Of a DNA stretch of 64,000 bases, positions 46,411 through 59,816 are shown piece by piece. The stretch is taken from the NCBI RefSeq assembly GCF_032191835.1, contig NC_083229.1:111910001-111974000 (forward strand). Reading direction: 5' to 3'. Below the pieces are notes generated by a model. That model was given only the letters and a program-made list of their open reading frames with translations. It was not told the DNA's origin and ran no database searches. The stretch is from Heteronotia binoei (Eukaryota). Every line of letters starts with the position of its first letter. Position 1 is the stretch's first letter. The translations under genes were made by a program, and so were the position numbers.

Positions 46411-47322
46411 GTAAGCATGTTTGTACTATGAGGGTCATTCTTACTCTGGTTTCTGTTATACAAGGCATGAAGAAATGCAGTTTTTCTCCTGGGAAGTTTG
46501 AGATGAGCAAGGCCTCCACTATAAGTTTGAAAAGCTCTTTTTCCCTATGGGCAGAGAACAGGCATGGGGTGGAGGTCTGTGCAATTGCTTTCCAGACTCG
46601 GTTTGCTGTCATTTGAATGCAAATAGATTTAGCAGGAGAGAGAATGAGTGGGACAAGAGCTCCCTCTTCCTTCAAGCAGGTAACAGAGTTTTAGAGAAAT
46701 GGAATGTTGGAAAGGCTCCAGGAAAGAGATTCCTGGAAGTTGCCTTGACCTGGCCTGACTAGGGTCAGGGGGAGGAGAAACAGAGAGGGAAAAAATTCCT
46801 TGCCACAGGAAGGAGCTCTCTTTTCCTTGGCTGCTGCATCTAGGAGAGCGCACAGATCTCTCCACAGGCAAGGCAGCTGTTGGCCATGTGTTCTTAAGAG
46901 CTCGAGCAAGCTTCAAGGTAATGATGACTAGGTAGTGATAACTTCTTTACACTTAATTGCCTGTCCTATATTTTAACATCTCATAGGACAAGTATAGAGA
47001 GAGGGGAAGAGGATTTGCATTTTTCCCATTTCTTTTTGGTTCTTTTGCTCCATTGGGTGCTGTGTTAAAGGTATGCTTGTGGTCATATTCTTTTTGACAC
47101 TTTATAACTTGGAATGCTGGTAGTGGTTCTTTGTACCACACAATATCTCCACCATCTCAGACACATTATTTTAAAAGGGGCCTCAGGAGGAAAGCAGGCA
47201 GTTGGCAATCAGCTATCCCTCCAGGGGCATGCAAAACAGTAAAATGTCCCTGTGGTGACCAGACGCCAGGCAGCGGGAGACACAGAGGCCAGGCCTTAGA
47301 ACCTGGAAGGGAAGTAGAAGGT

Positions 47323-47593
47323 GACTGCAGATTTATACCCTGCCCTTCTTTCTGAATCAGAGATTCAGAGTGGCTTACAATCTCTTATATCTTCTCCCCC
47401 CACAACAGACACCCTGTGAGGTGGGTGGGGCTGAGAAAGCTCTCCCAAAAGCTGCCCTTTCAAGGACAACTCCTATGAGAGCTATGGCTGACCCAAGGCC
47501 ATTCCAGCAGCTGCAAGTGGAGAAGTGGGGAATCAAACCCGGCTCTCCCAGATAAGAGTCTGCACACTTAACCATTACACCAAATTGGCTCTG
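47323..47593 (-). mobile_element. Squam3-like SINE
   Basis: Reverse-complement match to 10876-11150. Confidence 0.75.
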
Positions 47594-49746
47594 GGAGCCC
47601 AGACCATCCCAGTGGATAATTTCGGTGAAAGATCAGGTCACGGTGGAAAGCTACCCTGAGAGTGAAAGAAAGCCCCTGTAGGTGTAGAGAAACATGAGGG
47701 CATGACTGAATATGCCAGCAGGCCAGAGAAGGCACGACCTGCTACATGAGAGAAAAGATTTTGTCTCTTCTTATATACAATGTATGGATGTATTTTAGCA
47801 GAAGCTTAAACTTTTTGCTGAGTAGAAAATAGTTACAATGTGGCCTTGTATGCAGTAGCAGTTTTCAAGATGCAGAAGAAATTTTATTAAAACTGATCGT
47901 TTTTTTTCATTGCTTATGACACAGTGTCTTACAACTTTTTGCATTAAGATAGATCAAGATGGGTAACTGTGTTCATCTGTCTGTAGCAGTAGAAAAGAGC
48001 AAGAGTCCAGTAGACCATAAAAACTAAAAACCATTGTGGTAAAGTTTCCTTATCACTACCCTTCCAGGAAGCCCCACCAAACAATGGGCACATCCACAAA
48101 CCAATTGCCCTTTCACCACACCCCCTCCAGCCTAGAAATAGCAGCTCTCCAGCAGCCCTGGCCCCACTCAATGCACAGCAGCCAAGAAGATCAGAGCGCC
48201 TGCTCTGGCTGCAACGCCACTGAGGATGTTCTCAGCAGCTGAGAACGAAACGTCTGGAAGGAAAACTTTCTCCAGTAGAACACGACACTTGATCCCGAAA
48301 GATTCTACAAACCCTAATGATGTTACCAGCCGTGAAAACCTGAAATCTTTGATAACATTGTGGTAAACATTGGGCGCATAGCACCCTTGGCAGACTTGGG
48401 CCTGCTGTGCCCCCCACACCACTGCGGCACCGGGTTCCCCCTGTGTCACCACCTCCTCCCTCCCCCGGCCTCCTCCTCCCTCCCTTCGTGCCTCTCCCCC
48501 CCCCCAAGTCTGTTTCAGCCTCCGAAACCGGTGTTGGAGCGCTGCACTTGGGGCTATCCAAAGGCGTGCACCCCCTGCCGATCAGCTGATCGATGGGTAA
48601 AACCACGCGGCACACTGTCAATGCCCAGGCAAGACAGCAGCAGCGAACCACGAAGCCTGAAAGGGCAGCCATGGCACTGCTGCTGCCTCCTCCCCACTTC
48701 CTGGATGGGAAGGATAGCCTTTAGATAGCCCCAAGTGTGGCACTCCACCACCGGTTCCAGGGGTTGAAATATACTTGTGGGGAGGGAGGGAGGAGGCTGG
48801 GGAGCAGGCAAACTAGGCATTTGCCTAGGGAGGAGGGGGGAATTTTGCTGGCCCCAATTTTGCCGGCACCTTAGGCAACCACCTAGTTTGCCTAGCGGTC
48901 GAGCTGGCCCTGCTGTGTCACACAGTGGCAAAAAAAACCAGGTGCTATCAGGAGGTCCATCAGTGGGGCCAAGACACTAGAAGTCCTCCCACTGTTCCCC
49001 CCCCCCCGGCACCAAAAATATAGAGCATCTATCAGGGGTGTGTGACCTAATATGCAAAGTGATTCCTGCTATAAATAAAGCACTAGTGGTAAGGTTTGAG
49101 TTTTCATGAGTCACTGCTCATGTCTTCAGGTAAAGTGCTAAATCAGTCCTCACCAGTTCTCTTTTTCCCTTGCATCTGAAGAAGTGACCAGTGACTCATG
49201 AAAGCTCATGCCCTACCACAAATTTTGTAAGTCTTTAAAGTGCTACTGGATTCTTTACTCTCTTCTACTTTTTGCACTGTTTGTAATTTTTATGATTCTA
49301 TTCCTATTGGACTGTTTGTTGGAAGTCTCATGCTATTTAATTGCATTGTCTTGCACTTTACGTGTCAATGAGAAAGGAAGGTTATAGAATAAAGAAAATT
49401 TGTGAATGATATCCGCTATTAAGGCAGCTATTGTATGCAGCAGCTAGTATTACTATTTATATGCATTTATAGATTTATGTGACTATAGTGGCTAAAATAA
49501 ATCTTACTGTTGTTGAGTCTGTAATGTAGAAGGCAAGGGAGTGTGGTGATCAGCTGAATGGTCAGTTTGTTCCTTGAAGGCTAAATTTTGGTAAAATATT
49601 TTTGGCATTTCACTGGATTGTTCATATTTTGTTTTAGTTGCAGCCTAATCAATCTGTGTGTATCTTCCATTTAAATGGCCACTTAGTTGTAAAACATTGT
49701 TTTGTTCTCACCCATATAAACTCATGAACACATTATGTGATTGCAG

Positions 49747-49781
49747 GAAAGAACTTGCAAAAATGATTCTGGTTGTTGGAG
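49747..49781 (+). CDS. SYCP2L: SYCP2L exon 9 (35 nt): KELAKMILVVG(D)
   Basis: gattgcag|G AAA...GGA G|gtaaga. Confidence 0.87.
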
Positions 49782-50306
49782 GTAAGAATCCGGGGCATGT
49801 ATCACTTGGTATGCCTAGGTAGCTAAGAACATGAGTTCTATAATCCAAGTCTAAATTATCAGTTTTACAGTGGACAGACCTGCCGCACAGCCTTAGGCAT
49901 TCCACAGCCATGATTAGCTAAATGGTTACAAGAACTAGTGAGAGAATTTTAGGTGGGGCCCCCAATCTTGTTTCATAGTTGAAATATGCTTTGTTCTTGG
50001 GAAATGCCATAAATACATAAATGAGCGTCTTCATCGGTTCTCTTTCCCTTTTTTAACATTTCATTCTTTTGCAAGATGTGATCTCTTTCACAGGAATGGC
50101 TATTCAGTCATTTCTGAAAACCACAGTTGGCATAGCAGCATTTCCACCCGCTAATTGACTACACCGAAGGCTACATGCATAAAGAACAACAGTTCTTGAT
50201 TTAAATTTGCTGTGCTTGGAAGATAATTGGTCTGGCATTAGTTGCAAAAAGGTTTTCTGAATTACAAGAGGTAATTCTCTTTTGAAGTGGTTTCTGTGCT
50301 CCACAG

Positions 50307-50449
50307 ACTATGATATCCAGGTTGCGATTTTGGAAGCCCTGTTCAGACTGATGTTGAAAAAATGGAGAGATGACCTTGCTCACAATTGGTTTGAAGATAA
50401 ACACATTGCTAATGCCTTCAAAGAAATCAAGGATAGAGACTTTGAAACT
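50307..50449 (+). CDS. SYCP2L: SYCP2L exon 10 (143 nt): (D)[14 protein letters not shown]...[12 protein letters not shown]
   Basis: ctccacag|AC...ACT|gtaagc; matches recalled human DYDQQVALSEALCR...[12 protein letters not shown]. Confidence 0.95.
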
Positions 50450-51004
50450 GTAAGCTCTTTTGTTTTTTTCACATAAAAAACATTTCAGTGATTCCACCAT
50501 GGGTTGTCTTGCTTTTGCAAAGCATCAAATGTACAATAGCATGGGAGAGATTTTATTTTTAGGTGTGTGTTCACTGGGTAATTCTCTTCCATCGTTTACG
50601 GAATTCATTCCTATGTTCTTTGGCGGGAGAGAAGCATTGATAATATCACTGGTTATCTTTAAGAAAATGTGAGTGATTTTAATCTGTTTTTTTATTATTA
50701 GATCTAAGTTTAGGTTCTCTTATCACTTAACATTATAATATGTTACATATTGGGTTTGGAGGATCCTTTAGATTAGAGATTGCAGAACAGTTTTCGAAAA
50801 CTGCTGAACAGAGATTGAGTCCAGTGGCAGCTTTAAGAACAACAAAGTTTTATTCAAGGTATGAACCTTTGTGCATGCACACACTTCCTCAGATACATTG
50901 AAATGGCAGGTAACCATTCAAACATCTAAGCAGAGGCTGGCCAGTAAATTAGCATGCAATATGATGAAGATGTTTTAGAACAGGTGAAGATAAAGCAAGA
51001 ATAA

Positions 51005-51640
51005 CAACTGCCAGTTACATACCGGGTCCAATACAAAGTGCTGGTTATCACCTTTAAAGCCCTATATGGCCGAGGACCTGCCTACCTGAGGGACCGTCTC
51101 TCCCCATATGAGCCCCAAAGAGCACTGAGGTCAGCAGGGAAGAACATGCTGACTATCCCTGGGCCAAAGGAAGCAAAATTACAGAGTACCCGGGCACGGG
51201 CCTTCTCTGTTACAGCCCCGTGCCTTTGGAATCAACTCCCAGAGGAGGTACGGGCCCTGCGGAATTTGGATCAATTCCGCAGGGCCTGTAAGACCATTCT
51301 TTTTAAGCAGGCTTTTGTAGACCGTTGATCGGATGGCTGTTTAATCCATCAACGATTTATCTAGTGACCCCTGCCATAACATAAGTGAACAGAACAACAT
51401 CAGGAAGATCACTGCCGTCCAAATCATAGAATGATCCAGGCAACTGGAACTGGTTTTAGATCGCTGTTTTAAATTATTGTATAATCTTATATTGTTTTAG
51501 ATTGTTATTTTATATTACTGTATAACCTAATTGTTTTAAACCCTATATTGTATAACTTATTGAAATGTTGTTAGCCGCCCTGAGCCTGCCTAGGCGGGGA
51601 GGGCGGGATATAAATAAAAATTTATTATTATTATTATTAT
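51005..51640 (+). mobile_element. L2 LINE 3' end with 3'UTR and (TTA)n tail
   Basis: YKVLVITFKALYGRGPAYLRDRL...FSVTAPCLWNQLPEEVR...FRRACKTILFKQAF*; tail GCCGCCCTGAGCC...GGGCGGGATATAAAT. Confidence 0.85.
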
Positions 51641-52140
51641 AACTAAGTTTATATGGTCAACATTTGTTTGGATTTAATTAAGGGGGGAAAACAGTGAAGC
51701 ATTACATATGTCAAAATAGGAGATAAATATATTGTCTTCCTGATTTGCCTGTCTTATTTTTGTCTTTATGGATCTTAAAACATCATCAAGTTGCAAGTTA
51801 ATTTGCTTAACTGCTTACAGGGCTTTTTTTGTAGAAGCTCAGCAGGAACTAATTTGCATATTAGGCCACACCCCCTGATGCCAAGCCAGCCAGAACTGCG
51901 TTCCTGTGAGTTCCTGCTTAAAAAAAAACACTCAACAAAAACCCCTGACTGCTTATATATTTGAACCGTTGCCTTCCATTTTGAGTGTGTATGCATACAA
52001 AAGCTCCTCTCTTGAATAAAACTTTGGTCTTAAAGGTGCCACTGGACTTAAACTTTGTTCTGCTGCTTCAGACTAACATGACTGTCCGCCCGGATCTACT
52101 TGGAAAACTGCTGTTACTTTCTATTATTTTTTTCTTAAAG

Positions 52141-52193
52141 GATTGCAGGAAATTTCTTAATGAAGTAAATGAAAGACTTGGGGATAGAAGAAG
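52141..52193 (+). CDS. SYCP2L: SYCP2L exon 11 (53 nt): DCRKFLNEVNERLGDRR(R)
   Basis: tttcttaaag|GAT...AG|gtaagg. Confidence 0.93.
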
Positions 52194-52371
52194 GTAAGGA
52201 TTTATATGAACGTGTTCACTTGGGGGTTTAAGCATCAGCTTTTATTCAGTGACTTGCAGAGTCTGGAAGCCAGGTAGGTTTCCTCAGACTCCGAAGTGGC
52301 TTTTCCTCTCGTTATCCAGGGTCCTTGCTGAAGGATTGTTGAGATCTGTTTTCTTTACCCATGCTCAAGTG

Positions 52372-52541
52372 CAGGCGTGGAATTCTAGCAGGAAGTTCTT
52401 TGCATATCAGGCCACACACCTCTGATGTAGCCAATCCTCCAAGAGCTTGCAAGGCTCTTTTTTGTAAGCTCTTGGAGGACTGGCTACATCAGGGATGTGT
52501 GGCCTAATATGTAAAGGAGCTCCTGCTAGAATTCTACCCTT
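52372..52541. mobile_element. Fold-back MITE, family A
   Basis: TSD ctcaagtg/ctcaaatg. Confidence 0.8.
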
Positions 52542-53307
52542 CTCAAATGTGTGGTCTTTCCGTACAATGACCAGTGTCTCTTTCCCCTGCAGGCTACTAG
52601 AAAGCATCTAGGCATATTTGACATTACGGCTGTGTCCTACTACAACACTTTAACAAAACAAACAAAGATTGTATTGATTCAGTTGGAGAAAGATGGACTT
52701 GGAATACAATAGGGAATTCAGAACAGAAAGAAAAAATGGCGTCTACTGGATGGTGGGCAATGCCCTATGCTTGTCAAAAGATGGAAGCTTTTTCCTGGAA
52801 GGATGATTAACGGAGCTTTTTTTCTGGGGGAATGCAGCAGGACAGAATTTTCATGGAAACAAAATTCTAAATAAAAGTTCAAGAGGGGGGCACCCTTGTG
52901 TTTCTCCTTCATTTCCCTCTTGAGAGTTCCAGCACCTCTTTTTTCAGAAATAAAGCCCAGAATTGATTAACGTAACAGCCATATGGAAAGTTTTCATCTT
53001 TTGAAAAGGTCACTAGGGTGGAGTTTTCCTTTGGTCATCTCATCCAGTTGCATACCAGGGAACTTGGTCTGAAGTTGTAAGGTCTATTCATTCCATTCCT
53101 TTTGTTTTTGTAAGGACAGAATCATCTTGGGTGTGAATGCATGCCTCATTCTACATGAATAAAATAATGCAGGAGCAGGTAACCTTTTTTTGACCCAATC
53201 GCTAATTGAAATGCAAGGTCTACCTGTGAAGACGCTGGTGAGCCAGCAAATGATAGATCAGGGAGAGGAGGCAGTTGTACTGGTCATAAGGGGGGGCTGG
53301 GAGTGGA

Positions 53308-53474
53308 CAGGGGTGGAATTCTAGCAGGAGCTCCTTTGCATATTAGGCCACACCCCCCTAATGTAGCCAGTCCTCCAAGACCTTACAAAAAGAGCCTTGT
53401 AAGCTCTTGGAGGATTGGCTACATCGGGGTGTGGCCTAATATGCAAAGGAGCTCCTGCTAGAATTCCACCCCTG
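53308..53474. mobile_element. Fold-back MITE, family A
   Basis: CAGGGGTGGAATTC...GAATTCCACCCCTG with perfect TSD GGAGTGGA. Confidence 0.87.
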
Positions 53475-54532
53475 GGAGTGGAGCGGCAGCAACATCTTCT
53501 GCTCTGCATAATTTTGGCATCGCAGCACGTGCCTACCTCACAGTCTTGGCACACTGAGCAGTGATGCTGCCCACCTGTGTAGTACAGCACTAGCCATTGT
53601 GATGGGGCTTTTGGCTCTTACTAGGGATAGAGGCCCAGAGGAGTTCTGCTTGATAACCTCACTGTGGTCTGATCTGATCTGGCTTAACTGCACCTCTGCT
53701 TTTGAGGGGGAGTAGCTGTGTCAATCAGATAGTCTAATATGCCACTGTTTGGCATGTAAACAAAGGGCTGCCTACTCATAGACATTCTGTTTGAGGCCCA
53801 AGGTAGTTACTGAAAGGAGCCCAAGATAGCAACAGAAAGGGGGCATAAAACCTATTTGATGCCCAGTGTAGCTATCTTGGGCCTCAAATGGATTTTAGGC
53901 CTCCTTTCAGTGTTACCTCAGCTGTGTGGTATGGGCGGAGCTAATTCACTGTAGTTCCTGTTCAATCTGCTGAGGTTAGATCAGAAGCTTTTAAATATTT
54001 TATTGTCTGTGTTTTTTAAAAAGCATCTGCACCTCTTATGTTTTAATTATTTTAATGAGCTGTTACTTTGAGCCACTTAGAGCCGCTTTCTGCAGCAGGC
54101 CACGCATAAATCTTCTAAATAAACAAAAAGTGCCACAGGAAATAGTTTTGCCTGCTGCTTCTACAGTTTCCTACTTGAGCAGGGTGGAAAGTTCTTCATT
54201 AAATGAAATCTGCATTGCTGATGTAGCATGGGGTGGGATAGAGACTCACTTTATTTTAAGTGACCCGGGACTTTACACAACCGAATGCAAGGTTCCTGGA
54301 GTACATACTGGGTGAATAACTGTTCTTCCTGTGTTTTGCCCCCTAGTGGTAACATTTCTCATCTTCAGTCTGGCTGTATGCCGCAGTAACCATTGCTGTC
54401 TGCAAATGTGCTCGTGCATAGATTAGATTCTTACGTTGTGAGAGAATTGCATATGGCCAGTATGGTGTATTGGCAGTGGCTGTTGATGGCATCGGGGCAC
54501 CTCTGCACTTGTCCCTTCCTGTGCTCTGCTTG

Positions 54533-54899
54533 CAGTGCTGGATTAAACCTTGTGGAGGCCCCTAGGCAGTCGAAATCTTGGGGCCTCCCTCACAAATTAT
54601 CTCAGAGTCTGAGTGCCCACCCTGCTGCCCATGGCCCCTGCTGCAGCCTGCAGGCACCTTCTTAAAAGCCCCTTTTCTCAACCACAGGGGAGAGGCAGAG
54701 AGAGACGAACAACACTAGCAGTAGCCACACCAAGGAAGTTGGGCAAAAAGCAGCTCATTTGCTGGCTGCATGTGCAGGCTGGGAGGGCTGCAAGAAGGGG
54801 GAAAACTGGGTGGGGGGGAGGAAAGCTGGCCCAGGGCCCCTATAGGTATGGGGGCCCATAGGCCAGTGCCAACTTGTTCTAATTGTTAATCCGGCTCTG
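54533..54899. mobile_element. hAT-type MITE, family D
   Basis: CAGTGCTGGATTAA...TTAATCCGGCTCTG; inverted relative of 18620-18933. Confidence 0.7.
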
Positions 54900-55315
54900 C
54901 CTGCTCGCTTCTGCTTAGCGCTGGGAGTAGTGGGGAAACATTCCTGTTTGGACACAGTATGCAGTTAACCTGTAATGCTTCCTGGGAGCTGCACATGTGC
55001 CCATTTTTGTGTCTTGTCTGTGGGAGTGGAAAGTAGGATCCTCAGCTAACTGATATAGCTGAGCTGCTTGTGACTCTGGGTGCGCTTGGATTTAGTAGAT
55101 CTTGCCCCGTGTGGGAGAAACACATGCTTTGTTGGGGTGGCAACAGGCCACCTGGAAAATGGGGAAAGCCTTCCCCTGGAAGATGGTGAAAGATGGAACA
55201 GACCTTCAGAAATCCACTTAAATTGACATGACCCATTCTTTCTAGAGACCAGCTGTGGAACCAAGGTTGTGTTCAAGATTGCTGCCCTAAGGGTAGAATT
55301 TTGCTTCTTTTGCAG

Positions 55316-55361
55316 AGTGTTCTCATTTCCTTGTAAAGCTGCTTATGCTGACACGAATAAG
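55316..55361 (+). CDS. SYCP2L: SYCP2L exon 12 (46 nt): (R)VFSFPCKAAYADTNK
   Basis: tttgcag|A GTG...AAG|gtactg. Confidence 0.92.
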
Positions 55362-55595
55362 GTACTGTTTTTGTTTTATTAGTTTCACAGTCAATGTGGA
55401 ATAGCAGCACTGTGTCTTTTAGATGTCTCTCTTTTATTCTAGTTATGTCTCTTTTAGGTATCTGATGATGTTACTATATCCTTCCTTCACTTGCAGCTGC
55501 TGGGAATGGCCTTGGGTCAACCTTAGCTCTCGTAGGAGTTGTCCTTGAAAGGGCAGCTTCTGTGAGAGCTCTCTCAGCGCCACCTACCTCACAGA

Positions 55596-55766
55596 CAATG
55601 TTTCCTCTAAGCCGCAGAGTCTTGTGAGCAAAAATTCTACTTTGTGAGCTACTGGTATTAAAGTTGTGAGCTACCGCATAAACTATTGCTCTCTGGGGCC
55701 ATTTTTCCTGAGCTAATACAAAATCTGTGAGCTAGCTCACGCTAACTCAGCTTAGAGGGAACGCTG
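55596..55766. mobile_element. hAT-type MITE, family B, inserted in a Squam3-like SINE (about 55490-55865)
   Basis: TSD ctcacaga/ctcacagg splits the SINE core. Confidence 0.82.
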
Positions 55767-56279
55767 CTCACAGGGTGTTTGTTATGGGGTAGGAAGGTAA
55801 AAGAGATTGTGAGCCGCTCTGAGATTCAGAGCGAAGGATGGGATTTAAATCCAATTTCTTCTTCTACTACTAGTCTTAAAAAGCTGTAACTAGTGGAAAA
55901 GAAAGCATGATTTGTTTGGTAGAAGGTTGGGAAGAAGTATATTTATTAATGCAGCATTCCTCTTTTATTTCATTGAGTTGGAGGTGACTTGGATTGGAGA
56001 AAATCTCAGTTTTCCTGAAACTTCTCCTGCTGCCCCCAGCTGCTTCTCAGTGTCTTGAACCTTGTGGAAGTAGAAGCTGCAGAAAGCCTCCACAGGCTGC
56101 TCTGCAAGGCAGGTGGGCCGGTCAGGCTTTGTTCACTGTGGGAGTCATTAGAGAGCCAATGTGGTATCGTGCTTAGAGTGCTGGACAAGGATCTGTGAGA
56201 CCCAGGTTGGAATCCCCTTTCTGCCCTGGCAGCTGATTGGATGACCCTGGGCCACTCACTTTTGCTGTTGGTAGAAAAT

Positions 56280-56470
56280 GCTGTCAGGTTGCAGCTGACA
56301 TGGCAACGCCTCATGGGGTTTTGAAGGCAAGAGATGAACAAAGGTGGTTTAACACTGCCTGGCTCTAAGCAACCCTGAACTTCCTTGATGGTCTCCCATC
56401 TGAGTACTAACCAGGGCTGACCCCGCTTAGTTCTGAGATCTGACAAGATTGGGCGAGCCTGGGCCTTCTT
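56280..56470 (-). mobile_element. 5S rRNA-derived SINE
   Basis: ggtctcccatctgagtactaaccagggctgaccccgcttag is the reverse complement of the 5S internal promoter region. Confidence 0.68.
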
Positions 56471-56485
56471 TTGGTCAGTCTAATT

Positions 56486-56808
56486 CAAGGGTGGCCAAAC
56501 TTGCTTAATGTAAGAGCCACATAGAATAAACATCAGATGTTTGAGAGTCACTGAGACGTGAATGTCAGATGTTTGAGAGCCGGAAGGAAGGGAAAATGGA
56601 AAGAAAGCATAGATGGGGGAGTGAGGTGGAAAGAAAGCAACTTTAAATGCATTCTCCAAGCTGCCAGCTGACTTGGCTTGGAGAAGGGATTTAAAGATAC
56701 AAATGTCTTCTCCAAGCCAGCCGATGGGGTGGGATGGGGCTTTGAGAGCCACACAATTTGTGTGAAAGAGCCACATGTGGCTCCTGAGTCACACTTTGGC
56801 CACCCCTG
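56486..56808. mobile_element. hAT-type MITE, family C
   Basis: Perfect TSD GTCTAATT. Confidence 0.85.
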
Positions 56809-57016
56809 GTCTAATTTATCTCAAAGGATAGTTACTCTAAAATGGAGAAGAGGGGAATAGTGGTGTACACAGTTTTGGGAGCCCATGGGGGAATAAATAC
56901 ACGCAACTGCAATTTAACATAAAATTTGCCCTTCCAATTACAGTAAAAATATATATTATTTACATGTTGGCATGCCGTATGAGTTTCTGGAAATAAAACT
57001 CTCTTTTTATTTTAAG

Positions 57017-57109
57017 TTAGCAAAACCTGCTGATGAAAAATTGGAGGAGTTTTGGATTGACTTCAATTGCGGAAGCGAGAGTATAAGTTTCTACTTAAAT
57101 GACCCTGAG
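57017..57109 (+). CDS. SYCP2L: SYCP2L exon 13 (93 nt): [31 protein letters not shown]
   Basis: ttttaag|TTA...GAG|gtaaaa; matches recalled human [18 protein letters not shown]. Confidence 0.95.
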
Positions 57110-57196
57110 GTAAAAAAGCCACAACCTACCCTTACGGCTCTTGACATTTGACTCTGATATAGTAGAAGGCATCTTGCTCCAAATATTCTTTTTCAG

Positions 57197-57257
57197 CGTG
57201 CTCTCTGGGAGTCTGTGAGATTGCCAGAAGAAGTAGTCAGCAGTTATTGTGTGCAAG
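57197..57257 (+). CDS. SYCP2L: SYCP2L exon 14 (61 nt): RALWESVRLPEEVVSSYCVQ(E)
   Basis: tttttcag|CGT...CAA G|gtaaga. Confidence 0.92.
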
Positions 57258-57344
57258 GTAAGACACTGCAGAAGTCAGAGAAACCTACCTGCTTAAACTT
57301 CATGGTAACTCAGAAAGTTCAGCTGTAAATTTTATTTTTAAAAA

Positions 57345-57626
57345 GGGTAGTCCCCTGTGCAAACACCAGTTGTTTCTGACTCTGGGGTGACGTCGCATCA
57401 CAACATTTTCACGGCAGACTTTTTTACGGGTGGTTTGCCGTTGCCTTCCCCAGTCATCTACACTTTCCCCCCAGCAAGCTGGGTACTCATTTTACCGACC
57501 TTGGAAGGATGGAAGGCTGAGTCAACCTGGAGCTGGCTACCTGAACCCAGCTGGGATCGAACTCAGGTCGTGAGCAGGGAGTTTGGACTGCAGTACTGCA
57601 GCTTACCACTCTGCGCCACGGGGCTC
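57345..57626 (-). mobile_element. Sauria-type SINE
   Basis: Reverse-complement match to 4511-4805. Confidence 0.8.
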
Positions 57627-58165
57627 CTACAGATTTTATAAGGAAGTAGAATTCTTGCAGTACAAAGGCAGTGGTAATGTAGGAACTTTTAAAGCACAGA
57701 CCAGCGTTCAAGATCTCCTTTTTTATTTAACCTTTCTTACCTAGCATTTCCTGATATTCCAGGTTAGGTCTGCATAAGGCTTCCCATCTGCTTGCCTCCA
57801 GTGTGACAATTAATCTGCTTAGCTTCCATGTCTGGGCTGATCATCTCCACAAGAGAACCGGGGGCAGGGATCGCATCTGAAGCCAGAAATGACGGCCAGT
57901 CAGCATTCTAGGAATCTGCCCAAATCTCTATGTTCTTTACCATAGAGATTTGGGACAAAACCCTAGAGTGCCCCACACACCTTTCCCCTTCTTTGGCAAT
58001 CCTGCAGAGAGGCAGCTGATCACTCAGTTACTTGCCATGGGCAACAAACAGTTGTCTTTGCCAAGGAGACAAGGGCAACATTATGCCACCCTGTCTGCTC
58101 TGTTGGTCTTCACTGAGGCTGTAAAGAATACAGTACTTTACCACTTTTATTCTTTGGCTGGTAAA

Positions 58166-58630
58166 GAGTTCGATCCCAGCAAAAACTGGTTCAGGTAGCC
58201 GGCTCCAGGTTGACTCAGCCTTCTATTCTTCCGAGGTCGGTAAAATGAGTCCCCAGCTTGCTGGGAGGAAAGCGTAGATGACTGGGGAAGGCAATGGCAA
58301 ACCACCCAGTAAAAAAAAAAGTCTGCCGTGAAAACGTTGTGAAAGCAATGTCACCCCAGAGTCGGAAATGACTGGTGCTTGCACAGGGGACTACCTACTA
58401 CCCAACCCCTGGACCGTGGACCAGTCCCAGTGTGTGGCCTATTAGCGACCGGGCTGTGGAGTGAGGCAGAGACCTTCACCTTCTCCTTATTTAAAGACCC
58501 CCATGGGGAACAGGGTGTGGGCGTGGGGGCAGCCTGGGGTAGCAAAAACCCCAGCATCCCCACCGGTCTGTGGAAAAATTGTCTTTCACAGAACTGGTCC
58601 CCGGTGCCAAAAAGGTTGGGGGCCACTGCT
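58166..58630. mobile_element. Sauria-type SINE (58166-58397) followed by a hAT-like MITE remnant ending GGTTGGGGGCCACTG
   Basis: SINE body homologous to 4511-4805; the MITE terminus resembles Charlie-type TIRs. Confidence 0.6.
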
Positions 58631-59376
58631 TTAGACAGTCTCCCAAACCAGATAAATAAAATACACAGACCATTGCATGGTTCGTAATGGCTTCCTCCAC
58701 ACATGAATGACATTTCCTAAGTCATGGTGTGAAAATGTGCATATATGAAGCCAGTTATTTGGTAGCACATGTGTGAACCAGGCTTTTGTCTTTTGCATTG
58801 GGCTTAAGTGTTTAGCTAACTCACAAGGGCTGGTATATAGTTGATATCCTTCTCTGATAAAAGGATTTGGTGTGCTGCTCAAATTATACTAAGGAAATGA
58901 TAAGATACTTGGAACTTCTGTGGGGGGGGGGACCCTTCTGATACATGCCACCATAACCTCAAGACTGGACTGCTGTAACATGCTCTGTGTGGGGAGGGCT
59001 GCCTTTGAAGACATTTCAGAAGCTTCATTTGGCACAAAATGCAGCAGTGATACTTCTCTCTGTAGTCATCTGCTTTGAACATGCAAGTTCATTAGTGCAT
59101 CAACAGCTCCAGTTGTCCTTTAGCTCCTGGACCTAATGCAAAGTGATGATTGTTACATTTAAAGCCTGGGGCCCTCATACCTCTTGGACCATGTCTCCAT
59201 CTTGTGTACCAGTTACACCCCTGAGATGACCTTCTCATTGTGGTACCCTCACCTAGGATTCTTTGGCAACACTTAGGTCATTGGTGTTCTCTGTGGTAGG
59301 TGTGTCACTCTGAAACAGGCTACCAGAATGGATGAGGTGAGTGCTTTCAGGATATTGTGTAAGATTGTTTTGTTCC

Positions 59377-59690
59377 AGAGGCAATCTAGTGGCGCAGAGT
59401 GGTAAAGCAGCAGTACTGCAGTACTGTGATCTGAACTCTGCTCACGACCTGAATGCGATTCCTGCGGAAGCTGGATTTAGGTAGCCGGCCCAAGGTTGAC
59501 TCAGCCTTCCATCCTTCCGAGGTCGGTAAAATGAGTACCCAGCTTGCTGAGGGGAAAGTGTAAAAGGCTGGGGAAGGCAATGGCAAACCACCCCATAAAA
59601 AGTCTGCCATGAAAACGTTGTGAAAGCAACATCACCCCAGAGTTGGAAACGACTGGCGCTTGCACAGGGGACCTTTCTTTTTCCTTTCCT
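59377..59690 (+). mobile_element. Sauria-type SINE
   Basis: Homologous to 4511-4805. Confidence 0.8.
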
Positions 59691-59816
59691 TTGTTTTTTT
59701 AAGTTGTTTCTGGATGCTTATGATGACTTGCAGGTTTTGCACAGCAACTTGCTAAGAGAAGGGTGGGGTATTAGTAAGTTAAATGAGTAAAGTTTTCTCT
59801 CTTTTTTTTTATAAAG

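Noticed and set aside
55458-55483. U12-type donor-like ATATCCTT after an AG-flanked 18-nt in-frame segment in SYCP2L intron 12
   Set aside because: No U12 branch box or AC before exon 13, and exons 12-13 match the recalled human protein without an insertion.
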